32,400 bases of DNA from an uncultured Fimbriimonas sp. Its GTDB lineage: Bacteria > Armatimonadota > Fimbriimonadia > Fimbriimonadales > Fimbriimonadaceae. The stretch is from contig CAXUKB010000003.1 of NCBI GenBank assembly GCA_964251345.1, forward strand, positions 3,873 through 36,272. The letters are read 5' to 3'. The notes beneath the pieces were generated by a model that saw only the letters and a list, made by a program, of their open reading frames with translations, ran no database searches and had not been told where the DNA came from. The translations under genes were made by a program, and so were the position numbers. Position 1 is the stretch's first letter, and every line of letters starts with the position of its first letter. Positions 8,773 through 16,337 of this stretch are shown in pieces.

Positions 8773-8813
8773 CCCCTCCTTTCGCTCCGGCGAGAGGAGG
8801 GGGACGGGGGGTA
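8772..8813. repeat. 14-bp CCCCCTCC...GGAGGGGG hairpin with G-rich tail
   Basis: CCCCCTCCTTTCGC TCCG GCGAGAGGAGGGGG ACGGGGGGTA (one mismatch in the stem); resembles widespread CCCCTCTCC/GGAGAGGGG intergenic palindromes. Confidence 0.65.
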
Positions 8814-8833
8814 GAGAGTCGTTGCGTCGCACG

Positions 8834-9313
8834 CTACGCCTCCACGGTGGCCTCGCGGCGCGTGAGGCCCGACCAGCCCGCGCCCAAGGCGACGACGAAT
8901 GCGGCGGGGGCGAAGAGGAACCAGCCAAGCACCGGGAAGAGGCTTGCCGCGACAAGGAAGCCGGCACCCCGCAGGAACGCCGGATACTCGCCCATTTCGG
9001 GCGAGAGCATCGCAATGCGGCGGCCCGCGACCCGGGCGAGGCCCGCGAGGCCCAGCGCGGCGAGCGCGAGAACGGCAAGCACGAGGACGAGCCCGAGGAG
9101 CTTCGCACCCGGACCCGTCTTCAGCAAGACCAAGCCGAGGAAGCCGAAAAGGAGGGGAAGCAGCCCGCGGACGAAGGCTCCCTTCGTCGCCCCCGAGGCC
9201 CGCGCCGCCTGCGCGGGGAAAAGCAGCCCCATCGTCACCGTCATCGCCCACGCCGTGCCGCCAAGGCCCGTGAGGAAGGCGACGATGCCCATCACATCAC
9301 CGATCGTGACCAT
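8834..9313 (-). CDS. Hypothetical multi-pass membrane protein
   Basis: About four hydrophobic segments, FPVLGWFLFAP motif; co-oriented upstream of DUF1800. Confidence 0.75.
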   Translation of the reverse strand: MVTIGDVMGIVAFLTGLGGTAWAMTVTMGLLFPAQAARASGATKGAFVRGLLPLLFGFLGLVLLKTGPGAKLLGLVLVLAVLALAALGLAGLARVAGRRIAMLSPEMGEYPAFLRGAGFLVAASLFPVLGWFLFAPAAFVVALGAGWSGLTRREATVEA

Positions 9314-9391
9314 CGTAACGTTCAGGGTAGCGCGGCTTTCCGAGACTTGGGACCTTCGGCGCGACCCTTGCGCCGAAAGGCGCGCGATCCC

Positions 9392-10333
9392 TTAAGCCGT
9401 GAGGGCCAGCAGGGCGAAGGTCGCGAGCCAATGCTCCCCCATGTAATCGTCCGCGAGGTGTGGCATCGCCGCTTCCAAGTGGCGCTCGGCGGCTTCTTCC
9501 GCATGGGGAAGGTGAGGGACGAGGCCGCGCAGGCACCAGGCTCGGCTCAGGTTCAGCCCGTCGAGGTGAGCGATCTGGCCGTCCGTGCGGTCGGACACGC
9601 GTGCCGGAGCCTGGAGGCTCGGCGGAACGTCCGGCAGGAACGTCGCAAGCCATGCGGGGAACGTCGCCGCGGGCAGGACCCGGCGCATGAGGAGCGCCTC
9701 GGTCAGGGTGGGCGAGAGAAAGTCGTTGCCGCTCGGCTCCACGGCCGGGCACGCGCGGTCGTCGCCGAACCAAGCCTCGGCGCGCACGGCGATCTTCCTG
9801 GCGAGTGCCTCGTCGTGGGTCGTCGCCCACTCGTGGGCAAGGATCAGGGCGAACGCGGTGTTCGAATGGACCCCGTGGCGAACGGGATAGTCGAGGCGCT
9901 CCAGATACTCGCCCAATCCGCCCGCGATCCGGCGCGCGAGGGGTTCGACGGCATTCGCCCACGGGGCGTCGTGCCTCGTCATTTCTCCGTGCAACGCGAG
10001 AAACCACGCCCAGCCGTAAGGCCGTTCGAAGGAGGGATGGCGCTCGAAGTAGGCCGTCTCGCCCGCGACCTTCTCCGGAGTGAAAAGCGCGGTAGCTCGG
10101 ACGCGAATCTCCGCGGCGGCGGCGAAGTCGGGAAAGAGGCGCAGAAGCCGGACGAGTTGCCACCAGCCGTGGACGCAGCTGTGCCAGTCGAGACTGCCGT
10201 AAAAGATCGGGTGGAGCGCGGAAGGACGCAGGTCCTCCGGACCGCCCATGACATGAACGAGGATGTGGGGGTACTCGCGCCCCACGTGGCCGAGGGTGAG
10301 TCGTGCGAAGCGTTCGGCCAGTTCGAGGGTCAC
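9392..10333 (-). CDS. DUF2891 family protein
   Basis: GTG start at 10333 overlapping the vapC stop (GTGA). REYP, LHPIFYGSLDWHSCVHGWW, FERPYGWAWFL, GVHSNTAF, HLDGLNLSRAW, YMGEHWLATFA. Confidence 0.92.
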   Translation of the reverse strand: MTLELAERFARLTLGHVGREYPHILVHVMGGPEDLRPSALHPIFYGSLDWHSCVHGWWQLVRLLRLFPDFAAAAEIRVRATALFTPEKVAGETAYFERHPSFERPYGWAWFLALHGEMTRHDAPWANAVEPLARRIAGGLGEYLERLDYPVRHGVHSNTAFALILAHEWATTHDEALARKIAVRAEAWFGDDRACPAVEPSGNDFLSPTLTEALLMRRVLPAATFPAWLATFLPDVPPSLQAPARVSDRTDGQIAHLDGLNLSRAWCLRGLVPHLPHAEEAAERHLEAAMPHLADDYMGEHWLATFALLALTA

Positions 10334-10755
10334 GCCACGTCCGCCGGATCGACGACCGCGATGCCGGCACGGCTCCAGTCTTTGTCGCGCGTCAAGAACA
10401 CGTCGCAACCCTCGAGCAGTCCCGTTGCGACGTGGATGGCGTCGGGTGTTTTTAGACCGAGAATCCGCAGGTCGATGGCACGTTCTAAAACGGCGGCGTC
10501 AATCGGCCGGACGACGATTTTCGTCCGTCTAAGGAAATCGAGGTAAGCCGTTTCAAGCGTCATGTCACCGAGTTCGCGAGGTTTGACGAGCGTTTCGAGG
10601 AGCGTAAGTTCGCTCGTGACCGCAACGAGGTCCCTGCGGTCGATGGGCTCAATAAGACCAGCCTTTAGGTTCGGAAAGACGGCGTGGTCCTCAATCGTGT
10701 GGATCGTCGAGCTTGTGTCGAGATAGACGCGCAAGCCGAGACGGCTCACTCCCAT
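10330..10755 (-). CDS. vapC: PIN-domain ribonuclease toxin (VapC-like)
   Basis: VYLDTS, ELTLLETLVKP, LKTPDAIHVAT, FLTRD: the acidic PIN residues are present. Exact start uncertain. Confidence 0.88.
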   Translation of the reverse strand: MGVSRLGLRVYLDTSSTIHTIEDHAVFPNLKAGLIEPIDRRDLVAVTSELTLLETLVKPRELGDMTLETAYLDFLRRTKIVVRPIDAAVLERAIDLRILGLKTPDAIHVATGLLEGCDVFLTRDKDWSRAGIAVVDPADVA

Positions 10756-10997
10756 TCGGCGCGCAGCTCTCTGAGGTACTGGTCCACGGCTTTGGCGGAA
10801 CCGTGAGTTCCTGGACCCGTTCCCCCGGCGTCGTACAACGCGGAGGCGGAAAGGGTGCCGTCGGGATTGAGTATTCGGGGGGAGGCCGAGGTGAGTTGCG
10901 AGGTAACGAAAGCCTCGACCGTCGTTTGGTGTTGCTCGGCCTCCGTGCGTAATCGTTCGAGGACTTCGTCCGGGAGTTCGAGAACGAGTCGGGCCAT
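10746..10997 (-). CDS. Putative antitoxin (ribbon-helix-helix-like N-terminus)
   Basis: MARLVLELPDEVLERLRTEAE start and VDQYLRELRAEWE end, typical of PIN partners. Overlaps vapC; TATAGT lies 6 nt upstream. Confidence 0.8.
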   Translation of the reverse strand: MARLVLELPDEVLERLRTEAEQHQTTVEAFVTSQLTSASPRILNPDGTLSASALYDAGGTGPGTHGSAKAVDQYLRELRAEWE

Positions 10998-11032
10998 GCC
11001 TCTACTATACGCCGGGTACCCTCCGTTTCCCT

Positions 11033-11908
11033 ATGGCCCGCACGACCGTCGAAGCCGCCGAAGCCCTCCTCGATCAGGAGATCCCCGTCCTCGACAAGGG
11101 CTTCGTCCGGCTCGTGGACTACATGGGGGGCGACGAGCGGATCGTGTCGTCGGCGCGGGTGAGCTACGGCGAGGGCACGAAGACGGTGCGGCAGGATCGG
11201 GGCCTCATCCACTACCTCATGCGGAACTGGCATACCAGCCCGTTCGAACAGGTCCAGCTCACGTTTCACACGAAGATGCCGGTCTTCGTCGCGCGCCAGT
11301 GGGTTCGCCACCGGACGGCGCGGCTGAACGAGATCTCCGGACGCTACTCGGTCATGAAGGACGAGTTCTACGTGCCCGCGCCGGAGCACATCCTGCCCCA
11401 GAGCGCGAACAACAAGCAGGGCCGTGCGGGCGAGCGGTACGACGCGGAGGTCGAGGCGGGGCTCGTCGAGCGGTTCCGAAGCGAGCAAGCGCTGGCTTAC
11501 CGTGCCTACGGCGAGATGCTGGACGCCGACGTGGCGCGGGAGATCGCGCGCATCAACCTGCCGCTCTCGCTCTACACCGAGTGGTACTGGCAGATCGACT
11601 TGCACAACCTGTTCCACTTCCTGCGCCTGCGCATGGACCCTCACGCGCAGTACGAGATTCGGGTCTATGCGGAAGCGATGGCCCAGTGCGCGAAGGCCGT
11701 CGCCCCCCTCGCCTACGAGGCCTTCGAGGAGCACATCCTCGGCTCCATCGCATTCTCGCGGGCGGAAAGCGAGGCGCTGTCGCTCCTGCTCTTGGGCAAG
11801 GGCCACGCCCTCGAAGGGCGGGCGCTCGCGACCTTCGAGGAGAAGCTCGCGAAGCTCGGTCAAGCGCGTCCCGCCGAGGCGCCGGAAGAGTTTCAGCCTC
11901 CGAAATAG
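11033..11908 (+). CDS. thyX: FAD-dependent thymidylate synthase
   Basis: ARVSY, HTSPFEQ, ARQWVRHRTARLNEISGRYS (RHRx7S), AREIARINLP, HAQYEIR. Confidence 0.97.
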   Translation: MARTTVEAAEALLDQEIPVLDKGFVRLVDYMGGDERIVSSARVSYGEGTKTVRQDRGLIHYLMRNWHTSPFEQVQLTFHTKMPVFVARQWVRHRTARLNEISGRYSVMKDEFYVPAPEHILPQSANNKQGRAGERYDAEVEAGLVERFRSEQALAYRAYGEMLDADVAREIARINLPLSLYTEWYWQIDLHNLFHFLRLRMDPHAQYEIRVYAEAMAQCAKAVAPLAYEAFEEHILGSIAFSRAESEALSLLLLGKGHALEGRALATFEEKLAKLGQARPAEAPEEFQPPK

Positions 11909-12014
11909 TGGCGAGACTCTCCCGATTCTCGCGGTTTTCTCCTTTGTCGAGTTGGTTTCCGGCAGCGGGAGCGATCCCAAACAACCACATTGATCGACCG
12001 ATACCTTTGTCTTC

Positions 12015-12428
12015 ATGGAGCAGTTTCGATTACGTGAGATCGTCTGGCGCACTGCGCTTGTCTTTGGAAGTCAGAAGGGGTGCCGACCCTCTCCCAGCAT
12101 CGACGATCGTCTGGAATCGATCGCCAAGCACGATGGCGTGAGCATCGGCCCTAACGATTGGCCCTATTACGCTCAGCCCGTGATCGTCGACGATCGCTAT
12201 GCCGCTTGCCTCGGGAATGCCCTTTCGTGCCTCCCCACTAACGCCACGAAGGCACGAAGAGTCCTTGGAACGAGCGCGCAAGAACTCACCGAAGCACAAA
12301 TTCAGAAGCTGGACGAACTGCGAATCTGGTGCCTTAAAGGTGGCTTCAAGGTTTACGGAATCGCAGGTGTGCTTACGATTCTCTATCGTCCGGGTTCGGG
12401 AGAAGAGGGATCTCAACCTACCCTCTAG
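12015..12428 (+). CDS. Hypothetical protein, lower GC than its neighbours
   Basis: 137-aa ORF with TACCTT 7 nt upstream of the ATG; no recognisable family. Confidence 0.5.
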   Translation: MEQFRLREIVWRTALVFGSQKGCRPSPSIDDRLESIAKHDGVSIGPNDWPYYAQPVIVDDRYAACLGNALSCLPTNATKARRVLGTSAQELTEAQIQKLDELRIWCLKGGFKVYGIAGVLTILYRPGSGEEGSQPTL

Positions 12429-12504
12429 TTCAAAACCGCTAGGTTTAAGGTTTCTGTAGAAATATTGGCAATCGCGTGGCAAACTCCACTGAGTCTTGCG
12501 TCTT

Positions 12505-12559
12505 CTCCGGCTGGAAGCCGGAGGGACGCTCGGGGATGCCGCCTAGAAGGCGGCACCAC
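12505..12559 (-). repeat. 55-bp REP doublet (RAYT-associated family)
   Basis: Minus strand: GTGG TGCCGCC TTCTA GGCGGCA TCCCCGAGC GTCC CTCCGGC TTCCA GCCGGAG; same length and layout as 14888-14942 and 15607-15661. Confidence 0.9.
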
Positions 12560-12561
12560 GG

Positions 12562-14871
12562 CTAAGGGTTCCAACCCTGGACGCCGGTGCCGAGCGACCA
12601 GTCGTTGCCGAAGAAGCCCGCGCCGACGAGGCCCTTGGGGCCGACGATCGTCCAGTCGGGGTACGCGACGGCAGGGGTGAGGTCGCCCGTGCGCAGGAGG
12701 CGCACCGCGCCTGCGGGGCCGGTGGGGGCGAGCGCGGCGACGAGGCAGTCCCCCACGCCGGGCTTCGGGCGGACAAGGAGAACGCCGAGGTCGTCGCCCT
12801 TGATCGTCCGGTCGCCCACAGTCACGGAGCCGCGGTGAACGACGACGGGGGACCCCTTCATCAGCCGCGCCCAGGCGAGGTTCGAGTCCGCGTTGCCGTA
12901 GAGCAGAACGTTGCGGCGCTCGAAGCCACCCTTGAGCAGTTCGGCATCGGTCACGACGTCGACGCCGCCGTTGCCGCGGACGTAGAGGGTCTCCGCGTCG
13001 AAACGAGCGTGGATCATCGCGGCATCTCGCTCCTCCGGCGTGCCGCCGGTGGGAATCACGAACACGACTTTATGGCCGAACACGGCCTTGAACGGCCCCA
13101 TCGCGGCGGGCGTTTTGCCGCCCTTCGGCGGAGCGGCTTCGTGCCATCGATTGCCCTCGCGGACCAGCGTGACGTCACCGGTGCCCGCGGTCACGGGCAC
13201 CGGTGCGCCGTCGAGGGTCACGGTTCGAACGGGACGCTTAAGGGTGAGACGGGCGACGTTCGTCGTCTTGCCCTCGACCGTCGCATCGGTTCGCTTCAGC
13301 TCGATCGTCGCAGAAACGCCCTGCTCCGCGACCGCCTCGACGGTCGCCCACCACGCCCTTGAGGAGACGTAGGGCGAGGGGGTGGTGAAGTCGATCGTCG
13401 CAGGGTCGGGATCGAGGCGGCGCTTGCGGAGTTCGGCGAAGAGGGCCGGGTAGTCGACGCACTGGTCGCCCCACCAGTGGTTCGCGCCCGGCTCCTCGTG
13501 GTAGTTCAGGTCGGAATGGCGGATCGAGTTGAGGAGGCTTCGCATCGTTCGTGCCTCGGTGACGGGCACGTTGTCGTCGGCGTCGCCGTGAAGGATGTAG
13601 ACCCCCTGCGCGAGCGTGTTCGTGATTCGGAGCCGAGGGTCGAGGGGAGCCTCGGCGGAGGCGACGACCGCGTCCGCGGACTTCCCGGCGGCGGGCTGCC
13701 AACCATCGCCGTAGGTCTGCCACGAGATCCAGCCCGCGCTCGGCGCGATGGCGGCGAAAACGTCGGGGTAGAGGGTACCGACGGACCAGGTCCCGTGGCC
13801 ACCCATCGAGTGGCCGGTGAGCACGACACGTCGGGGATCGTGGGGGATGGTGCGCTCGGCGATGGAGAGCACCTCGAGGGCGTCGATCCGACCGATCTCC
13901 TCCCAATCAAATCCGTAGGGACGGCGGTTTGTGGGGGCGACGAGGGTCACGTCGTCCTTGGGCTTGTACGCCTGCGCCTGGTTCTGCGCCTCGACGGACG
14001 CGCCGTGAAGGGTCAGGGCGAGCACGTTATCCGGCCCGGGCCGCTGGGCGGGATTGACGACGTAGTATTGGGCGCTCCCGTCCACGTCGCTGACGAAGGT
14101 GCGGCGGTTGATCTCCTCCGGCTGGCGGACGCGCAATTCAACTTTCGCGGTGTCGACCGTCGTCGCGCCGTCCTTGAGTTCCACGGTCAGCGGGAGGGTC
14201 GTTCCGGCCAGGGCGTAGGGTGTGGGTAGCGCGACGGGAACCTTGCGCACGGACATGCCCGGCAGGGGAGGCAAGGCCGACTCGCGGGCTCGTCCGTCGG
14301 GTAGGACCACGCGCATCCGCAGACCGCGCTTGGCCTCGCCTGCGTTCTCGACGACGATGCCGCCGAGCAGATCGTGGTCGCCGGGCAGGACGTCGGGCAG
14401 CGTGGTGTCGGCGACGTCGAGGGCGAGCGGCTTCTCGATCGCGTTGAGGGTGGCCTTCATGCGGCCGCGCGGAGCGAAAAACAGTAGGGTGTTGCGGCCC
14501 GCGCCAAGGCGCACCGGGAGATGGATATAACCCGTGGCGTACACGTCGCCCGCGCGGGGCACCCCGTTGACGTAGACGAGGGAGTCGCCCTGGGCGTCCA
14601 GCCTCATCGTGGCGGCGGCGGGCAGGTCGACGGTGGCCCACACGTAGCCGTTGGCGGCGAGCCAGCCGTCCTTGTCGGCGGCGACGTGGCTCCACTTCGC
14701 CATCCGTTCGCCCGCGGAAAGTTCGTCGCCCTCCTTGGGGTCGAGGTTCCCGGCGGCGAGCCGATCGAGCACGGAGTCGACCGGCACGGGGCCACGCCCG
14801 GTGAGCGAAACGCCTTCGATCGCCAGCGCCTCGCGAATCTCGATCGGGGCGGGCGGCGGGAAGAAGAACAT
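12562..14871 (-). CDS. Large alpha/beta-hydrolase (prolyl oligopeptidase S9-like)
   Basis: Start reassigned to ATG 14871 (MFFFPPP). LTLHGA oxyanion region, GHSMGG nucleophile, ILHGDADDNVP, HWW. Confidence 0.8.
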   Translation of the reverse strand: MFFFPPPAPIEIREALAIEGVSLTGRGPVPVDSVLDRLAAGNLDPKEGDELSAGERMAKWSHVAADKDGWLAANGYVWATVDLPAAATMRLDAQGDSLVYVNGVPRAGDVYATGYIHLPVRLGAGRNTLLFFAPRGRMKATLNAIEKPLALDVADTTLPDVLPGDHDLLGGIVVENAGEAKRGLRMRVVLPDGRARESALPPLPGMSVRKVPVALPTPYALAGTTLPLTVELKDGATTVDTAKVELRVRQPEEINRRTFVSDVDGSAQYYVVNPAQRPGPDNVLALTLHGASVEAQNQAQAYKPKDDVTLVAPTNRRPYGFDWEEIGRIDALEVLSIAERTIPHDPRRVVLTGHSMGGHGTWSVGTLYPDVFAAIAPSAGWISWQTYGDGWQPAAGKSADAVVASAEAPLDPRLRITNTLAQGVYILHGDADDNVPVTEARTMRSLLNSIRHSDLNYHEEPGANHWWGDQCVDYPALFAELRKRRLDPDPATIDFTTPSPYVSSRAWWATVEAVAEQGVSATIELKRTDATVEGKTTNVARLTLKRPVRTVTLDGAPVPVTAGTGDVTLVREGNRWHEAAPPKGGKTPAAMGPFKAVFGHKVVFVIPTGGTPEERDAAMIHARFDAETLYVRGNGGVDVVTDAELLKGGFERRNVLLYGNADSNLAWARLMKGSPVVVHRGSVTVGDRTIKGDDLGVLLVRPKPGVGDCLVAALAPTGPAGAVRLLRTGDLTPAVAYPDWTIVGPKGLVGAGFFGNDWSLGTGVQGWNP

Positions 14872-14887
14872 GCGGGCTAAGCCTACC

Positions 14888-14942
14888 GTGGCGCCCTCTT
14901 CCAGGCGGCATCCTCGAGTGTGTCTCTGGCTTTCAGCCGGAG
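14888..14942 (+). repeat. 55-bp REP doublet at the 3' flank of the RAYT
   Basis: GTGG CGCCCTC TTCCA GGCGGCA TCCTCGAGT GTGT CTCTGGC TTTCA GCCGGAG; inverted relative to 15607-15661. Confidence 0.88.
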
Positions 14943-15587
14943 ACGGTTTCAAAAGCCAAGCCTTGGATCGCCCCGATCCAAGGCCAGTCATGCAGGCCGG
15001 ATCGTCCCGGATTCTTTCTTAGGTAGCCCGCAAACCGGAACAGGTCTCCGTCCGAGCGCACGATGTGATCGAAGTATTCCCGCTGCCACAGCGGGAATAC
15101 TTCGATCGAGCGTCTCGTTCGCGCGGTTCGCCGTGTACGACTTCCAAGAATGCAAGACGTCCTCGAGTTCGCGATCACCATGAGGCCGCACCAGAACGTG
15201 GACGTGGTTCGGGAGAAGTACCCAGCCGAGTAGTTCGTAGCGATCGCCTTCGAAGTGCTTGAGCGCCCCTGCGACGAGCGTTGCGACTCGCGGGGCCCGC
15301 AGGTGACAGGCGCCAAGCCCCACGTCGAGGCAAGCGTCCATCCGGCGGCAGTAGAGCCGGACGACCTCACGCTCGAGGGCGAATCGCTCGACCTCGGTGC
15401 GGGCCATCGCGAGCTGCCGTTCGAGGAGATCGACCTCCTCACGGTAAGCACGCCAGAGGTCTTTTGGCACCGAGTCGGCGAGTCGGAAGGTGACGAAGTA
15501 GACCGCGTCGGGCATTTCCCAATGGGGAAGGCAACGCGCACGCTTCGTGACCTTGCTCCGATCGAACTCGGGGACGAATTGGCCCAT
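14933..15587 (-). pseudogene. REP-associated tyrosine transposase (RAYT/TnpA-REP, Y1 HUH) with a +1 frameshift
   Basis: One frame has LPHWE..AVYFVTFRLADS, VLLPNHVHVL (HUH) and WKSYTA. The other has LWQREYFDHIVR and YLRKNP (catalytic Tyr). Frames switch near 15095-15100; about 217 aa if repaired. Confidence 0.88.
15067..15107. repeat. Perfect 19-bp inverted repeat with a 3-nt loop inside the RAYT gene
   Basis: GATCGAAGTATTCCCGCTG CCA CAGCGGGAATACTTCGATC. Confidence 0.97.
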
Positions 15588-15606
15588 GGTCGTCAAGATA
15601 GCCGAG

Positions 15607-15661
15607 CTCCGGCTGGAAGCCGGAGCCACGCTCGGGGGTGCCTCCTGGAAGGAGGCACCAC
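15607..15661 (-). repeat. 55-bp REP doublet at the 5' flank of the RAYT
   Basis: Minus strand: GTGG TGCCTCC TTCCA GGAGGCA CCCCCGAGC GTGG CTCCGGC TTCCA GCCGGAG; both stems are perfect and both have a GTGG foot. Confidence 0.92.
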
Positions 15662-15663
15662 GG

Positions 15664-16203
15664 TTAGGGCGTCAACTCGACGAGCCGCGACACCGCCGCG
15701 TCCACGTCGTCGTTCACGATCCGGTGGGCGTAACGCTCGGAGAGGGCGAGCTCGCCTTCAGCCTTCCGGAGGCGATGGGCGACGGTCTCCGGATCGTCGG
15801 TGCCCCGATCGCGCAGACGACGGGCGAGCTCGTCCGTGTCCGGCGGAAGGAGAAAGACGGAAACGGCGTCGGGCCGTAGCGCCATGACGGTGAGCGCGCC
15901 CTGCACGTCGATCTTCAGAACCGCGACCTTGCCGGCGTCGAGAAGGGCGACCATGTCCTTGAGCGGGGTCGCATAGTGGTTGCCGAAGACCTCCTTCGCC
16001 TCCAGAAAGTCACCGGCCTCGGCGCACTCGAGAAACTGGTCGACGGTGACGAAGTGGTAGTCGACACCGTCGATCTCGCCCGTCCGGGGCGCGCGAGTGG
16101 TGTAGGCCACGACCCGCGTTACGCGCGGGTCGCGCGCCCGCCAAGCGTCGATCACCGTGTCTTTGCCCACGCCGCTGGGACCGCTGAGGATGACGAGAGG
16201 CAT
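15664..16203 (-). CDS. gmk: Guanylate kinase
   Basis: SGPSGVGKDT P-loop, TTRAPRTGEIDGVDYHFV, IDVQGA, FLLPP, RLRDRGTD. Confidence 0.96.
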   Translation of the reverse strand: MPLVILSGPSGVGKDTVIDAWRARDPRVTRVVAYTTRAPRTGEIDGVDYHFVTVDQFLECAEAGDFLEAKEVFGNHYATPLKDMVALLDAGKVAVLKIDVQGALTVMALRPDAVSVFLLPPDTDELARRLRDRGTDDPETVAHRLRKAEGELALSERYAHRIVNDDVDAAVSRLVELTP

Positions 16204-16224
16204 GGGAGAAGAGGATACTCGTGA

Positions 16225-16337
16225 GGGAAGAAGGAAGAAGGAAGAAGGAAGAAGGAAGAAGGAAGAGGGAAGAGGGAAGAAGGAAGAGGGAAGAGGGAAG
16301 ATTTCCTCCCTGCCTTTTTCCTTTCGCCCCTGTCCCC
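16225..16337. repeat. Heptamer tandem repeat (RGGAAGA)x11 followed by about 5 degenerate complementary heptamers
   Basis: 16225-16301 is 11 copies of AGGAAGA/GGGAAGA; 16302-16337 is pyrimidine-rich (TTTCCT CCCTGCC TTTTTCC TTTCGCC CCTGTCC). Confidence 0.95.

Larger units (their letters stand above)
14888..15661 (-). mobile_element. RAYT-REP cassette (REPtron-like)
   Basis: HUH Y1 transposase gene flanked by inverted REP doublets with GTGG feet. Confidence 0.8.

Noticed and set aside
8660-10546. 628-aa plus-strand ORF (and similar long ORFs such as 28607-30907 and 7420-8814)
   Set aside because: Antisense shadows of well-supported minus-strand genes, common in high-GC DNA; no motifs.
11910-11950. 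Possible 9-nt periodic pyrimidine-rich repeat after thyX
   Set aside because: Too short and degenerate to support by eye.
14872-14991. N-terminal extension of the hydrolase ORF given in the track
   Set aside because: It runs through the REP doublet and RAYT tail; a -10 box supports the start at 14871.
1566-16203. pdp, thyX and gmk as a nucleotide-metabolism or defence cluster
   Set aside because: Separated by unrelated genes and in different orientations; no evidence of a shared unit.
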